From an uncultured Verrucomicrobiota bacterium (GTDB lineage Bacteria; Verrucomicrobiota; Verrucomicrobiia; Limisphaerales; MWDV01): DNA of 53,612 bases. The notes under the pieces were generated by a model, which did no database searches, was not told the origin of the DNA, and was given only the letters and a program-made list of their open reading frames with translations. This document shows positions 1-8,693 of the stretch, one piece after another; within the stretch, counting starts at the first letter, position 1, and the number at the start of each line of letters is the position of its first letter. Made by a program: the position numbers and the translations under genes. The stretch lies in assembly GCA_964371005.1 (NCBI GenBank), contig CAYJNU010000001.1:27104-80715 (forward strand), read 5' to 3'.

Positions 1-1
1 C

Positions 2-457
2 ACCACCTCCTCCAAGGACAACAAGACGGCCACCGCCAAGGAATCCGGGCTGGATGCCAGTCTGGCCACGTTTCTCTACAGCCCGGCGGCGAGCGGTTTG
101 CTGACCAAAGGCGGGCAAATGCCGGCGATGAAATTCAACTCGAAGAGTGATTTTACCGGCGGCGGCAGCATCAACAACAAAGACCAACTGAGCGCCCGCG
201 CCGCCGTCCAGGTCAAAGATGTGCTGCCGAACCGCAATCTCATCATCGAAGGCCGCCGTGAAACCTCCGTGGGCGGCGAGCAACAAACCATGGTCCTGCG
301 TGGCATCGTGCGGCCTGAAGACGTGCTGGCCAACAACACGGTTTACAGCTACAACGTCGCCGACGCCAGCATCCAAATCGTCTCCAAGGGCACTCTCACG
401 GACAGCCAACGAAAGGGCTGGTTCACGAAAATCTGGGACAAAGTCACACCTTTCTGA
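2..457 (+). CDS. flgH: Flagellar L-ring protein FlgH, C-terminal part (5' end lies outside the window)
   Basis: Frame 2 is open from nt 2 to TGA 455-457. The translation '...FNSKSDFTGGGSINNKDQLSARAAVQVKDVLPNRNLIIEGRRETSVGGEQQTMVLRGIVRPEDV...' matches the conserved FlgH core. It lies directly upstream of flgI. Confidence 0.8.
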   Translation, partial: TTSSKDNKTATAKESGLDASLATFLYSPAASGLLTKGGQMPAMKFNSKSDFTGGGSINNKDQLSARAAVQVKDVLPNRNLIIEGRRETSVGGEQQTMVLRGIVRPEDVLANNTVYSYNVADASIQIVSKGTLTDSQRKGWFTKIWDKVTPF

Positions 458-637
458 ACCATGCCACTCGTTCCGCGTAATTTGACTCCCGATTCCCGCC
501 ACGGCTGCGCCAGCCAGAAGCTGCCGACCGCCTCCGAGCGCCACCCCGCGTCCTGCTGGCCATTGTTCGCGCGCCTGACCCACGCGGGTTTCTTCACCCG
601 CAGCATCCGCCAACGACAGGAGGGCGTGGGAGCGTTT

Positions 638-1792
638 GTGAAGACGCTGTCGCCGGGGCGCAGTTACGGCTGTGGTTTCCCAACCGCTGCCACCGGTTCG
701 CTGGCGTTGTTCCTGTTTGTGCTGGCAGCGTGCGTTCCTTCTGCCATCGCCGGCGTGCGCGTGCGCGATCTGGTGATGGTTTCCGGCGCCCGCGATAACC
801 AACTCGTGGGCTACGGCCTCGTGGTCGGACTCGCGGGCGATGGCGACAAAGACCCCGTCTATACGAAGCAGACCGTGGCCAACCTGCTTCAGCGTTATGG
901 CATCAACGTGCCGGCGGCGACCCTCTCCTCCAAGAACATCGCGGTCGTCATGGTGACAGCCGACATTCCGGCCTTCATCAAGCCCGGGGCGCGGCTGGAC
1001 GTGAACATCGCCTCACTGGGCGATGCCAAGTCGTTGCAGGGCGGCGTGCTGATGCAGACACCGCTACTTGGGGCGGACAACAGAGTTTACGCGGTGGCGC
1101 AGGGGCCACTTTCCGTGGGTGGGTTCTCCGCCGGTCAGGGCGGGGGCGGGGGGGCCACGGTGACCAAGAATCATCCCACCGTGGGGCAGATCGTCGGCGG
1201 TGCGCTTGTCGAACGCGAAATCCCCACCGAGATCGTGCGCGACAACGCGATCGAACTGCTGCTGCGTGAGCCCAGCTTCACTTCGGCCGCCCGGCTGGCC
1301 GTGGCCATCAACATTCTCTTCACGAATGCCGCCCACGCGGTGGATTCGACGACCGTGCAGGTTCGCCTCCCGGAAGGAGCGGAAGCCTCCGCGGTGGATT
1401 TTATTGCGCGGCTCGAAAGCATCGAGGTCACGCCCGATACGCCTGCGCGCATCATCATCAATGAGCGCACCGGCACGATCGTGGCCACGTCGCGCATCCG
1501 GATTTCCAACTGCGCCGTCTCGCACGGCAACGTCACCATCAACGTGGCCTCGACCCTCGATGTCTCGCAGCCGCAACCCTTCAGTAACACGGGTGAAACC
1601 ACGGTGACCCCGCGCACCCAGACGGACGTGACCGAAAACAAGTCGCACCTCGTGGCCCTGCCTGAAATGCCGACGGTGGAGAAAGTGGCCTCGGCGCTGA
1701 ACACCCTCGGGGTGACGCCACGCGACATGATGGCCATCTTCCAGGCCCTGAAACAGGCCGGGGCGTTGCAGGCCGAACTCGTCATCCGCTGA
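638..1792 (+). CDS. flgI: Flagellar P-ring protein FlgI (precursor with signal peptide)
   Basis: 'VSGARDNQLVGYGLVVGLAGDGD', 'LQGGVLMQTPLLGAD' and 'LNTLGVTPRDMMAIFQALKQAGALQAELVI' are typical FlgI blocks. The ORF is open from 461. GTG 638, 14 nt after AGGAGG at 618-623, gives a plausible signal peptide '...LALFLFVLAACVPSAIA'. The start is uncertain. Confidence 0.85.
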   Translation: MKTLSPGRSYGCGFPTAATGSLALFLFVLAACVPSAIAGVRVRDLVMVSGARDNQLVGYGLVVGLAGDGDKDPVYTKQTVANLLQRYGINVPAATLSSKNIAVVMVTADIPAFIKPGARLDVNIASLGDAKSLQGGVLMQTPLLGADNRVYAVAQGPLSVGGFSAGQGGGGGATVTKNHPTVGQIVGGALVEREIPTEIVRDNAIELLLREPSFTSAARLAVAINILFTNAAHAVDSTTVQVRLPEGAEASAVDFIARLESIEVTPDTPARIIINERTGTIVATSRIRISNCAVSHGNVTINVASTLDVSQPQPFSNTGETTVTPRTQTDVTENKSHLVALPEMPTVEKVASALNTLGVTPRDMMAIFQALKQAGALQAELVIR

Positions 1793-1794
1793 CC

Positions 1795-2271
1795 ATGGAA
1801 ATTGCCGCGCTCCATTCCTCCCGTCCCGCCGCGGACATCGCGCCCGAGCAACTTGCCGGGGACGCGAACCTCACGCCGGCGCAGAAGATTGCCGAGGGCG
1901 CGCGTCTCTTCGAAGCTTTGCTCCTGCGACAGATTTTGCAGGAGTCGCAGAAAACCGTCATTCAATCCAAGTTTGCCGACAATTCCACCTCCGCGGGCAT
2001 CTACCGCGACATGATCACGAACCAGCTTGCGGAGAGCATTTCGAAGTCTGGCAGCCTGGGCCTGGCCAAGTCGCTCGAGCAACAGCTCGGCGGCCAGCTC
2101 GGCCCGACTTCCTCGGCCGGACAGAGCCCCACCCCGACGGCATCGCCCACCTTGCCCGTCGGTCCGGTGACTGCCCGGCCTTTCTCTTCCGACGCCCCGT
2201 TTGCCGCGTCGGCTTCGAAGTGCGTTCCGCGCGCCCGCGGAGTTGAAGTCGTTTCCGCCCATCGTCCATGA
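1795..2271 (+). CDS. Flagellar rod-binding protein (FlgJ N-terminal domain-like, no muramidase domain)
   Basis: 'AQKIAEGARLFEALLLRQILQESQK...GIYRDMITNQLAESISKSGSLGLAKSLEQQL' resembles the rod-binding domain. The ATG lies 2 nt after the flgI stop, and the position between flgI and flgK fits. Confidence 0.7.
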   Translation: MEIAALHSSRPAADIAPEQLAGDANLTPAQKIAEGARLFEALLLRQILQESQKTVIQSKFADNSTSAGIYRDMITNQLAESISKSGSLGLAKSLEQQLGGQLGPTSSAGQSPTPTASPTLPVGPVTARPFSSDAPFAASASKCVPRARGVEVVSAHRP

Positions 2272-2765
2272 ATCACCTCGTACAAAACCTTGTCGAAGCA
2301 CTGCGCGAAGAACTGAAGGAATACGGCGAAATGCTCGCCCTCCTGGATCAGCAACAGGACTTGGTCATGCGCCGCCAGGCCCAGGACCTTGTGGTCAGCA
2401 CGTCCGGCGTAAACGCGCAAGCCGAAGCCATTGCCGCGGCACGCAACGAGCGCGAGCAGCGTCAGCGCCAGGTCGCCCGCCAGCTCGGCCTTCCCGAAGA
2501 CGCACCGTTTGCCGTCGTGGTGCCGCAGTTGCCGCCGGATTATCGCCCGCTCGTCAACGCGCTGGTGCAGGAGAACAATGAGCTTCTGGCGCGCATCCAG
2601 CAGCGGGCCCGTCAGAATCATCTGCTGCTCAGCCGCGTCGTTGACTTGATGCAGCGGTTCATCACCTCACTTTTCCCTGGCACGCCCACGCCGACCTACT
2701 CCGACGCGGGCCGGGTGCTGGCCAGCGGAGTACCGCAGAGCGCGTTCTACAACGCCATCGGATAA
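2268..2765 (+). CDS. flgN: FlgN-like flagellar export chaperone
   Basis: ATGA overlap with the upstream gene. It is a 165-aa helical protein ('LVEALREELKEYGEMLALLDQQQDLV...ELLARIQQRARQNHLLL') immediately 5' of flgK-flgL, the usual FlgN position. The family call rests on context and composition. Confidence 0.55.
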   Translation: MNHLVQNLVEALREELKEYGEMLALLDQQQDLVMRRQAQDLVVSTSGVNAQAEAIAAARNEREQRQRQVARQLGLPEDAPFAVVVPQLPPDYRPLVNALVQENNELLARIQQRARQNHLLLSRVVDLMQRFITSLFPGTPTPTYSDAGRVLASGVPQSAFYNAIG

Positions 2766-2769
2766 GATC

Positions 2770-4188
2770 ATGCTTGGTTTGTTCGGCACATTGAACTTGG
2801 GCACACGCGCGCTGCAAGCGCAGCAGACGGCCATTGAAGTCGCAGGCCAGAACCTGGCCAACGTCAACAATTCGGCCTACGCCCGCCAGCGGGTCGAGCT
2901 GCAAACCAGCCTCACCCTCTCTTCCTCGGTCGGCCAGCAGGGCACGGGCGTGGAAGTGGCCGCCATCAAACAACTCCGCGACACGCTCCTGGACGGGCAG
3001 CTTTGTAGCGAACTCCGCGCCGGCGGTTTTTGGGAAGCCAAACAGAGCGCGTTGCAGACGGCGCAAACCAGCCTGGGCGAGGTGTTTGACGGTTCCGTGG
3101 ACAGCAGTTCCGCCACCACGGACGCCGCGGCGGTGACGGCTTTGGCTGACGATCTGACCGGCTTGTTCAATGCCTTTCAGAGTGTGGCCACGACGCCAAC
3201 CTCCATCTCCGAGCGCCAGGCACTCATCAGTCAGGCGCAATCGCTCGCGACGCGGTTGAATCAGTCTGCGGGACAGCTCGATGAACTGAACGCCTCGTTG
3301 AACACCGCCCTCGACGCGGACGTGACGGCGGCGAACATACTGCTCGCCGGTATCGCCGACCTTAACAAACAGATTGCAGGTGCGGAGTTCGGCGGCGGTG
3401 CGGCCAACGATTTGCGGGACACCCGCGAGCAAAAGCTCGAACAGTTGTCAAAGCTCGTGAACATCGAAACCGGCAGCGACGCCAACGGCTCGCTCAGTGT
3501 GAGCATCGGCGGGGTGGCCTTGGTTTCGGGGCGTGAGGTGCTCGACACGTTGCAGACCTATGACGCGGGCAATGGTCAGTGGCTCGTCCGCGCCGCCACG
3601 GTCGGCACGCCCCTCGACCTCGCGGGCGGCAGCATGCAAGGCCGCATTGACGCACGCGACGGTGCGTTGAGAAGCCTCCGCGACGATTTGGATACCCTGG
3701 CCTCCGCCCTCATCACGGAGGTCAACTCGGTTCACAGCGCCGGTTACAGCCTGACCGGCAGCACCGGGGCGAATTTCTTCACTGGCACGGACGCGGCGTC
3801 CATCAGCGTGAGCACGACGCTGAAGGACGAACCTTCGCTGATTCAGGCCGCCGGCATCCCCGGCGCCGTTGGCGATAACACGGTGGCACTGGCGCTAGCC
3901 CGCCTGGCCGAAGCACCCCAGGCGGCGCTCGGGAACCAGCCTTTCGGCAGTGCCTATGGACGGACGGTCGCCGACCTTGGCAACGGATTGGCCGATGCCA
4001 ACAGTCAGTTGGCGAATCACGAAGCGGTGAAGTCTCTTTATTTGAAACAACGCGACGCCGTGAGCGGGGTGTCGCTCGACGAGGAAATGACAAACCTGGT
4101 CCGTTTCCAGAAGGCCTATCAGGCCTCCGCCCGGATCGTGAGCGTGGTGGATCAAATGCTCGACATCGTGGTGAACCTGGGTCGCTGA
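2770..4188 (+). CDS. flgK: Flagellar hook-associated protein 1 FlgK
   Basis: The N-terminus 'MLGLFGTLNLGTRALQAQQTAIEVAGQNLANVNNSAYARQRV' and C-terminus 'VSGVSLDEEMTNLVRFQKAYQASARIVSVVDQMLDIVVNL' are canonical FlgK termini. Confidence 0.9.
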   Translation: MLGLFGTLNLGTRALQAQQTAIEVAGQNLANVNNSAYARQRVELQTSLTLSSSVGQQGTGVEVAAIKQLRDTLLDGQLCSELRAGGFWEAKQSALQTAQTSLGEVFDGSVDSSSATTDAAAVTALADDLTGLFNAFQSVATTPTSISERQALISQAQSLATRLNQSAGQLDELNASLNTALDADVTAANILLAGIADLNKQIAGAEFGGGAANDLRDTREQKLEQLSKLVNIETGSDANGSLSVSIGGVALVSGREVLDTLQTYDAGNGQWLVRAATVGTPLDLAGGSMQGRIDARDGALRSLRDDLDTLASALITEVNSVHSAGYSLTGSTGANFFTGTDAASISVSTTLKDEPSLIQAAGIPGAVGDNTVALALARLAEAPQAALGNQPFGSAYGRTVADLGNGLADANSQLANHEAVKSLYLKQRDAVSGVSLDEEMTNLVRFQKAYQASARIVSVVDQMLDIVVNLGR

Positions 4189-4199
4189 AGCCTAACCTT

Positions 4200-5135
4200 A
4201 TGCGTGTCACCGGCAGCAACTACACCGAGAGCCTGGTCCAGCAGTTGAACACCCTGACCGCGCGGCAGTATCGCCTCCAAAACCAGGCGGCCACGGGGCA
4301 GCGTGTTTATTTGCCGGAAGACGATCCCACCGCGATGCAGCGGGCGATGGAGTTGCGCGCTGAGAACCGCAGCACCGCCCAGTTTGGCAAGAACATCGCC
4401 AGTCTCCAGGAACGCGCCACGGCGGGTTACGATACATTGCGCGCCTTGCAGAAGATCTCGGATCGCGTGGGGGAACTGGCCACGATGGCTGGTGGCATGC
4501 GCACGGCGGAGGAATTGAAGGTCTATGCAGGCGAAGTCACCCAATTGACCCAGCAGGCAGCGGACTTGATGAACACCCAATACGGCGGGCAATATCTGTT
4601 TGCCGGCACGAATTCCAGCACGGCCCCGTTCACGGTCGCCAAGGATGCCGATGGCCACGTGACGGCGGTGACCTACAACGGCAATACCAGCGTGGCTGCG
4701 GCGGACATCGGCTCCGGCGTCGCGCTGGCGGTGGACGTGCCGGGCGAAAATGCCACCGGCACCGGTCCGCGCGGGTTGGTGGCGGACAGCCGGTCGGGCG
4801 CGGATTTCTTCAACCACCTGATCGCCTTCCAGAACCATCTGCTCGCCGGCGATACGGAGGCCATCGAGAGCACGGATCGCCCGGCCTTGTTGCGGGATGA
4901 GGATAATTTCATCTTCCACCTCGGAAGCAATGGGGCAATCCAGACCCGGCTCGAATCCGCGGCCAAGCTGGCGGATAACCGCTCCCTGGCTCTCGATCAA
5001 CGGATTTCCCGCGAGGTGGACGCGGATCTGGCCGAAACCATCGTGGAACTGAACCAGGCCCAGACGGCTTACAGCGCCGCGCTCCAAAGCGGTGCGGGCA
5101 TCATGAAGCTGTCTCTCATGGACTACCTGCGGTAA
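4200..5135 (+). CDS. flgL: Flagellar hook-associated protein 3 FlgL
   Basis: 'MRVTGSNYTESLVQQLNTLTARQYRLQNQAATGQR' and the C-terminal 'DADLAETIVELNQAQTAYSAALQSGAGIMKLSLMDYL' are flagellin-superfamily termini typical of FlgL. It follows flgK. Confidence 0.85.
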   Translation: MRVTGSNYTESLVQQLNTLTARQYRLQNQAATGQRVYLPEDDPTAMQRAMELRAENRSTAQFGKNIASLQERATAGYDTLRALQKISDRVGELATMAGGMRTAEELKVYAGEVTQLTQQAADLMNTQYGGQYLFAGTNSSTAPFTVAKDADGHVTAVTYNGNTSVAAADIGSGVALAVDVPGENATGTGPRGLVADSRSGADFFNHLIAFQNHLLAGDTEAIESTDRPALLRDEDNFIFHLGSNGAIQTRLESAAKLADNRSLALDQRISREVDADLAETIVELNQAQTAYSAALQSGAGIMKLSLMDYLR

Positions 5136-5508
5136 GCGGCCGCAGCCTGCTTGGCCAACCGGGGCGGGCCGATCAGATCGGGCTCGGTGTCTGCCATCAT
5201 CCTCCCGAATCACGGGCTTCGGTTAATCCCCCAACGTTTCCTTTTCGCTCAGCGAACGTCAGCTTCGCCCCCTGATACTTGCCGCGAGGTCGAGTTCCCC
5301 CGTGCCACCACCCGATCATCCGCGCCGGGCGGACCGGGCAATTTCCTCCCCAGCCCAGCCAAAATTGCCGAGACATGAAAGCCGCCGGCACTCCGAAAAC
5401 CGCATTGCCGCTGCCTCGTAACTGTTAGTGGATTGATTTGTCGGAGGTTAGGCAAACCCGGGCGGCCGTTCCAAGGGCTGGCATATCCACTGCTAAACGT
5501 CCCGCGGA

Positions 5509-5946
5509 ATGAAATGCGATAGCCCGACACTAACGGAAACAACTGAGAAGGCCACCAGCCGCGGACTGAAGCTTCCGATGGGGCTCCTGGGGTTTGAGCA
5601 GATAAAAGACTATGTGCTCATCACCAACCCCGGCGAAGAACCCTTTCGTTGGCTGGAGGTGCGCAACAATCCTGCCCTGGCCTTTGTCGTGGTGGACCCG
5701 TTTGTCGTCGTGCCGGATTATCGCCCGAACCTTCCGCAGCCGGACGTGGAGTTCCTGGGCATTCAATCGCCCGAGGACGTGCAGCTCCTGAATATCGTGA
5801 CCGTGCATGGTCCCAACCGGGCCACGGTCAACCTCAAGGGGCCAATCGTGATGAACCGCCACACCGCTACTGGGAAACAGGTGGTCATATCCAACGCCAG
5901 CGAGTACTCCGTGCAGCACCCGCTGCCTGTGGCCGCCGCCGAATAA
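5509..5946 (+). CDS. fliW: Flagellar assembly factor FliW
   Basis: 'LKLPMGLLGFEQIKDYVLI...EPFRWLEV...LAFVVVDPFVVVPDYRPNL...LNIVTVH...ATVNLKGPIVMN' fits the FliW pattern. It is adjacent to csrA and flagellin. Confidence 0.85.
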   Translation: MKCDSPTLTETTEKATSRGLKLPMGLLGFEQIKDYVLITNPGEEPFRWLEVRNNPALAFVVVDPFVVVPDYRPNLPQPDVEFLGIQSPEDVQLLNIVTVHGPNRATVNLKGPIVMNRHTATGKQVVISNASEYSVQHPLPVAAAE

Positions 5947-5963
5947 CCTCAACCACGCCTGCC

Positions 5964-6245
5964 ATGCTTATCCTCTCCCGCAAAACCGGCGAAAGCATCG
6001 TGATTGATGGACGCATCCACGTGAAGATCGTTCGCGTGGAAGGCGAGGTGGTGAAAGTGGGCATTGACGCGCCGGCCGATGTGCCCGTCCACCGTCGTGA
6101 GGTGTACGAGGAAATCCAACGCAGCAACCAGGCCGCGCTGACCCGTCCCCGTGCTCCGCTGCCCAAGGTGCCATTCCGCCTGGCCGTGCAACCGCAACCG
6201 AAGTCCCAACCGGCGCCAACCGCTCCGTCGTCCCCAGTCCAGTAA
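5964..6245 (+). CDS. csrA: Carbon storage regulator CsrA (flagellar type, with a Pro/Gln-rich C-terminal extension)
   Basis: 'MLILSRKTGESIVIDGRIHVKIVRVEGEVVKVGIDAPADVPVHRREVYEEIQ' is a near-canonical CsrA core. The internal ATG at 5964 of ORF 5649..6245 was chosen as the start. Confidence 0.9.
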   Translation: MLILSRKTGESIVIDGRIHVKIVRVEGEVVKVGIDAPADVPVHRREVYEEIQRSNQAALTRPRAPLPKVPFRLAVQPQPKSQPAPTAPSSPVQ

Positions 6246-6266
6246 AACCGTCAAACCGTCCGTCCT

Positions 6267-7070
6267 ATGATCATTAATACCAACATCACTGCTCAGGTTT
6301 CCTCACATAACCTGCAAACCAACCAGGCCCTGCTCAGCAAGTCGCTCTCACGCCTGAGCTCGGGCAGCAAGATCGTGAACCCAGCCGACGATGCCGCTGG
6401 CCTGGCCGTCGCTTCCCGGCTCGATGCGCAAATCCGCCGACTCGACGCCGCGCGCGACAACGTGGGTAACGCTATCTCCTACACCCAGACCCAGGATGGC
6501 TATCTCAAGAAGATCGCCAAGGCGCTCGATCGCATGAGCGAACTCTCCATCCTGGCGCAGGACGTCACCAAGTCCGACAACGACCGCGCCCTGTACCAAA
6601 CCGAGTTTTCGCAGTTGAGCGCCTACGTCACCAGTTCGTCCACCAAGGATTTCAACGGGGTCAGCCTCTTCTCCGGCGACACGCTCGACGTGACGATTGA
6701 CTCGGAGGGCGTCTCGTTTGCCATGCAGGGCGTCACGCTCGGCGACGCCATTTACGGCGACGCCATTAGCGCCTCCGTGGCCGATCGCACGTCCGCCCAG
6801 GACGCCTTGACCAAGGTGAAGGCCGCGATCACGAAGCTTTCGGAAGACCGCGCGACCATCGGTGCCTATCAGGCGCGGATGAACTCGACGGTCGAGCAGT
6901 TGATGGTGAGCAAAGAGAACCTCACCGCCGCCAGTTCCCGCATCCAGGACGTGGACGTGGCCGAGGAAAGCACGCAATTCGCGAAGCAAAACATCCTCGT
7001 CCAGTCCGGCACTGCGATGCTGGCCCAGGCCAACTCCATGCCACAGTCGGTCCTCCGCCTGTTGCAGTAA
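6267..7070 (+). CDS. fliC: Flagellin (short, 267 aa, no large variable domain)
   Basis: 'MIINTNITAQVSSHNLQTNQALLSKSLSRLSSGSKIVNPADDAAGLAVASRL' and the C-terminal 'FAKQNILVQSGTAMLAQANSMPQSVLRLLQ' are canonical flagellin N- and C-domains. Confidence 0.9.
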   Translation: MIINTNITAQVSSHNLQTNQALLSKSLSRLSSGSKIVNPADDAAGLAVASRLDAQIRRLDAARDNVGNAISYTQTQDGYLKKIAKALDRMSELSILAQDVTKSDNDRALYQTEFSQLSAYVTSSSTKDFNGVSLFSGDTLDVTIDSEGVSFAMQGVTLGDAIYGDAISASVADRTSAQDALTKVKAAITKLSEDRATIGAYQARMNSTVEQLMVSKENLTAASSRIQDVDVAEESTQFAKQNILVQSGTAMLAQANSMPQSVLRLLQ

Positions 7071-7128
7071 CACGCTGTCCAGCGACTTTCGTCGCCCACC
7101 AAACGCCGAGACCGCTGGCTCCTTCCAC

Positions 7129-7157
7129 GGGCGGGCCGACCCCACATCGGCCCGCCC
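7129..7157 (+). terminator. GC-rich hairpin downstream of flagellin (putative terminator)
   Basis: GGGCGGGCCGA (7129-7139) and TCGGCCCGCCC (7147-7157) are perfect reverse complements with a 7-nt loop, 59 nt after the flagellin stop. No clear U-tract follows. Confidence 0.4.
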
Positions 7158-7260
7158 AGTCATCGAAAACTGAATTTGCCACCGCTGCGTAACCGGGCAG
7201 TGGCTGCCGCGCCGAACAAAAACAGGCCCGCTGCCGGTTGAGCCGGGCAGACCAAACAAA

Positions 7261-7932
7261 ATGAAAACCATAATTCCTCCCTCCACTTCCAAGCACAACG
7301 GCTTCGCACTCGATTTCAACCCCGCTGCCACCCTCAACCCGAAGGCGAGCCGTGAGATTGCCAACATCCGCGACTGGTGTCTCCGGCGCGCGGACGAATG
7401 GTATCAGCGCGGCGAACTGGGCGCCGCCCGCGATTTCCTGAAACAGGCGGCGGAAGTGGATCCCCAGGACGCCCACGTTTGGGTCGCCCTCGGGAGTCTC
7501 CACTATCAACTCGGCGAATTTGAACGCGCCGGGATGGCCTTCGTGCATGCCGGGGAACTCGTGCCAGCGGACAGCGACGTCTTTCTGCACTTGGCGCTCA
7601 CGCACCAACAGCTCGGCCAAGACAAGGAATCGGAAGCCCTCTTCCAACACGCCCTGGCGCTAAACCCTGAGAATCCGTTTGGCTTCAGCCTTTACAGCGG
7701 TTTCCTCTTCGCCCGCGAGCGCTACGATGAAGCCCGCGAATACGTCGAGCGCGCGCTCGAAGAGCAGCCGGACAATCTCGACCTGCTGATGCGCCTCGGC
7801 GTTTGCTGCTTCAAGACGAACGACCGGCACGCCGCCCAGGCCTGCTTTGAGCGCGTGCTCAAGCTGGACCCGGCCAATGACACCGCCCGTGAGAACCTCA
7901 CGATCCTCCACCCCACAGCGGCTATGCAATAA
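7261..7932 (+). CDS. Tetratricopeptide repeat (TPR) protein
   Basis: Repeated 34-aa TPR-like units ('AHVWVALGSLHYQLGEFERAGMAFVHAGELVPADS', 'VFLHLALTHQQLGQDKESEALFQHALALNPENP', 'LMRLGVCCFKTNDRHAAQACFERVLKLDPAND'). Confidence 0.7.
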   Translation: MKTIIPPSTSKHNGFALDFNPAATLNPKASREIANIRDWCLRRADEWYQRGELGAARDFLKQAAEVDPQDAHVWVALGSLHYQLGEFERAGMAFVHAGELVPADSDVFLHLALTHQQLGQDKESEALFQHALALNPENPFGFSLYSGFLFARERYDEAREYVERALEEQPDNLDLLMRLGVCCFKTNDRHAAQACFERVLKLDPANDTARENLTILHPTAAMQ

Positions 7933-8006
7933 ACCCGCCTCGCCACGGCTCGGTTTCCACGCCCCTGACCTCCTCCGAGCCGGAGGCTTGGCACACCCAC
8001 CACGCC

Positions 8007-8693
8007 ATGGCAAACCGAGTCCTCAAGGCCCTGGTCGCTGTTCGCAGCGGCTCTGTCCGGGTTCAAAACAAAAACATCCGTCGCTTTTGCGGAAGCACGC
8101 TGCTTGAACTCCGAGTCAAACAGCTCCTCCAGATCGAGCAATTGGACGGCGTAGTCGTCAACTCAAACGACCCCGCCATGCTCGAAATGGCCGCCGACCT
8201 GGGTGCGGACACCGTCCAGCGCGACCCCCACTACGCGTCCAATACGGTTTCCATGAGCGACGTCTACGCCAACATGGCTGCCGCGATGGATTGCACCGAC
8301 ATTCTCTATGCCAATGTCACCAATCCACTGGTCAAGTCGGAATCGTACATGCGCGCTATCGAAGCTTACGACAATCTTGGAGCCGGCCATGACTCGTTGG
8401 CTTCAGTCTGTCCGGTTAAGGAATTTCTCTGGCTCGATGGCAAGCCGATCAACTACGACCCCGCCCGGCAACCCCGCTCGCAAGACCTTCCCGACATCTG
8501 CAAGCTGACCTTCGCCATCTCGATCATTCCCAGGAGTTTAATGATGTCTCGAAAGAACGTCATTGGTTTTCGCCCACAGTTGTTTGTGATGGAAGATGTG
8601 GAGTCACTGGACATTGACACGCCGTTGGACTTCGCCGTAGCCGAACACTTCTACCAGAAGCTGGTCTTGGAACAGGAGGCCGTGCTTGCATGA
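8007..8693 (+). CDS. Acylneuraminate/nonulosonate cytidylyltransferase family protein (CMP-sugar synthetase-like)
   Basis: 'ALVAVRSGSVRVQNKNIRRFCGSTLLELRVKQLLQIEQLDGVVVNSNDPAMLEMAADLGADTVQRDP' matches the N-terminal pattern of CMP-NeuAc/Pse/Leg synthetase-type cytidylyltransferases. Confidence 0.7.
   Translation: MANRVLKALVAVRSGSVRVQNKNIRRFCGSTLLELRVKQLLQIEQLDGVVVNSNDPAMLEMAADLGADTVQRDPHYASNTVSMSDVYANMAAAMDCTDILYANVTNPLVKSESYMRAIEAYDNLGAGHDSLASVCPVKEFLWLDGKPINYDPARQPRSQDLPDICKLTFAISIIPRSLMMSRKNVIGFRPQLFVMEDVESLDIDTPLDFAVAEHFYQKLVLEQEAVLA

Noticed and set aside
1148-1154. G7 homopolymer inside flgI (Gly run 'GQGGGGGATV') as a phase-variation switch
   Set aside because: It encodes a glycine-rich loop, and G-runs of this length are expected by chance in GC-rich Gly codons. 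There is no supporting context. A similar A8 run at about 20181-20188 in the HpnJ-like gene was also set aside.
1171-2301. 376-aa ORF on the minus strand antisense to flgI and the rod-binding protein gene
   Set aside because: It is Arg/Gly/Ala-rich with no recognisable motifs, and it lies fully antisense to genes with clear flagellar homology. Long spurious antisense ORFs are expected at this GC content.
6053-6082. Sigma-28-like promoter for flagellin inside csrA (GAAA-N18-GCCGATGT)
   Set aside because: The -35 element is poor (GAAA, not TAAA) and the spacer is 18 nt rather than about 15. The match is no better than chance in a GC-rich coding sequence.
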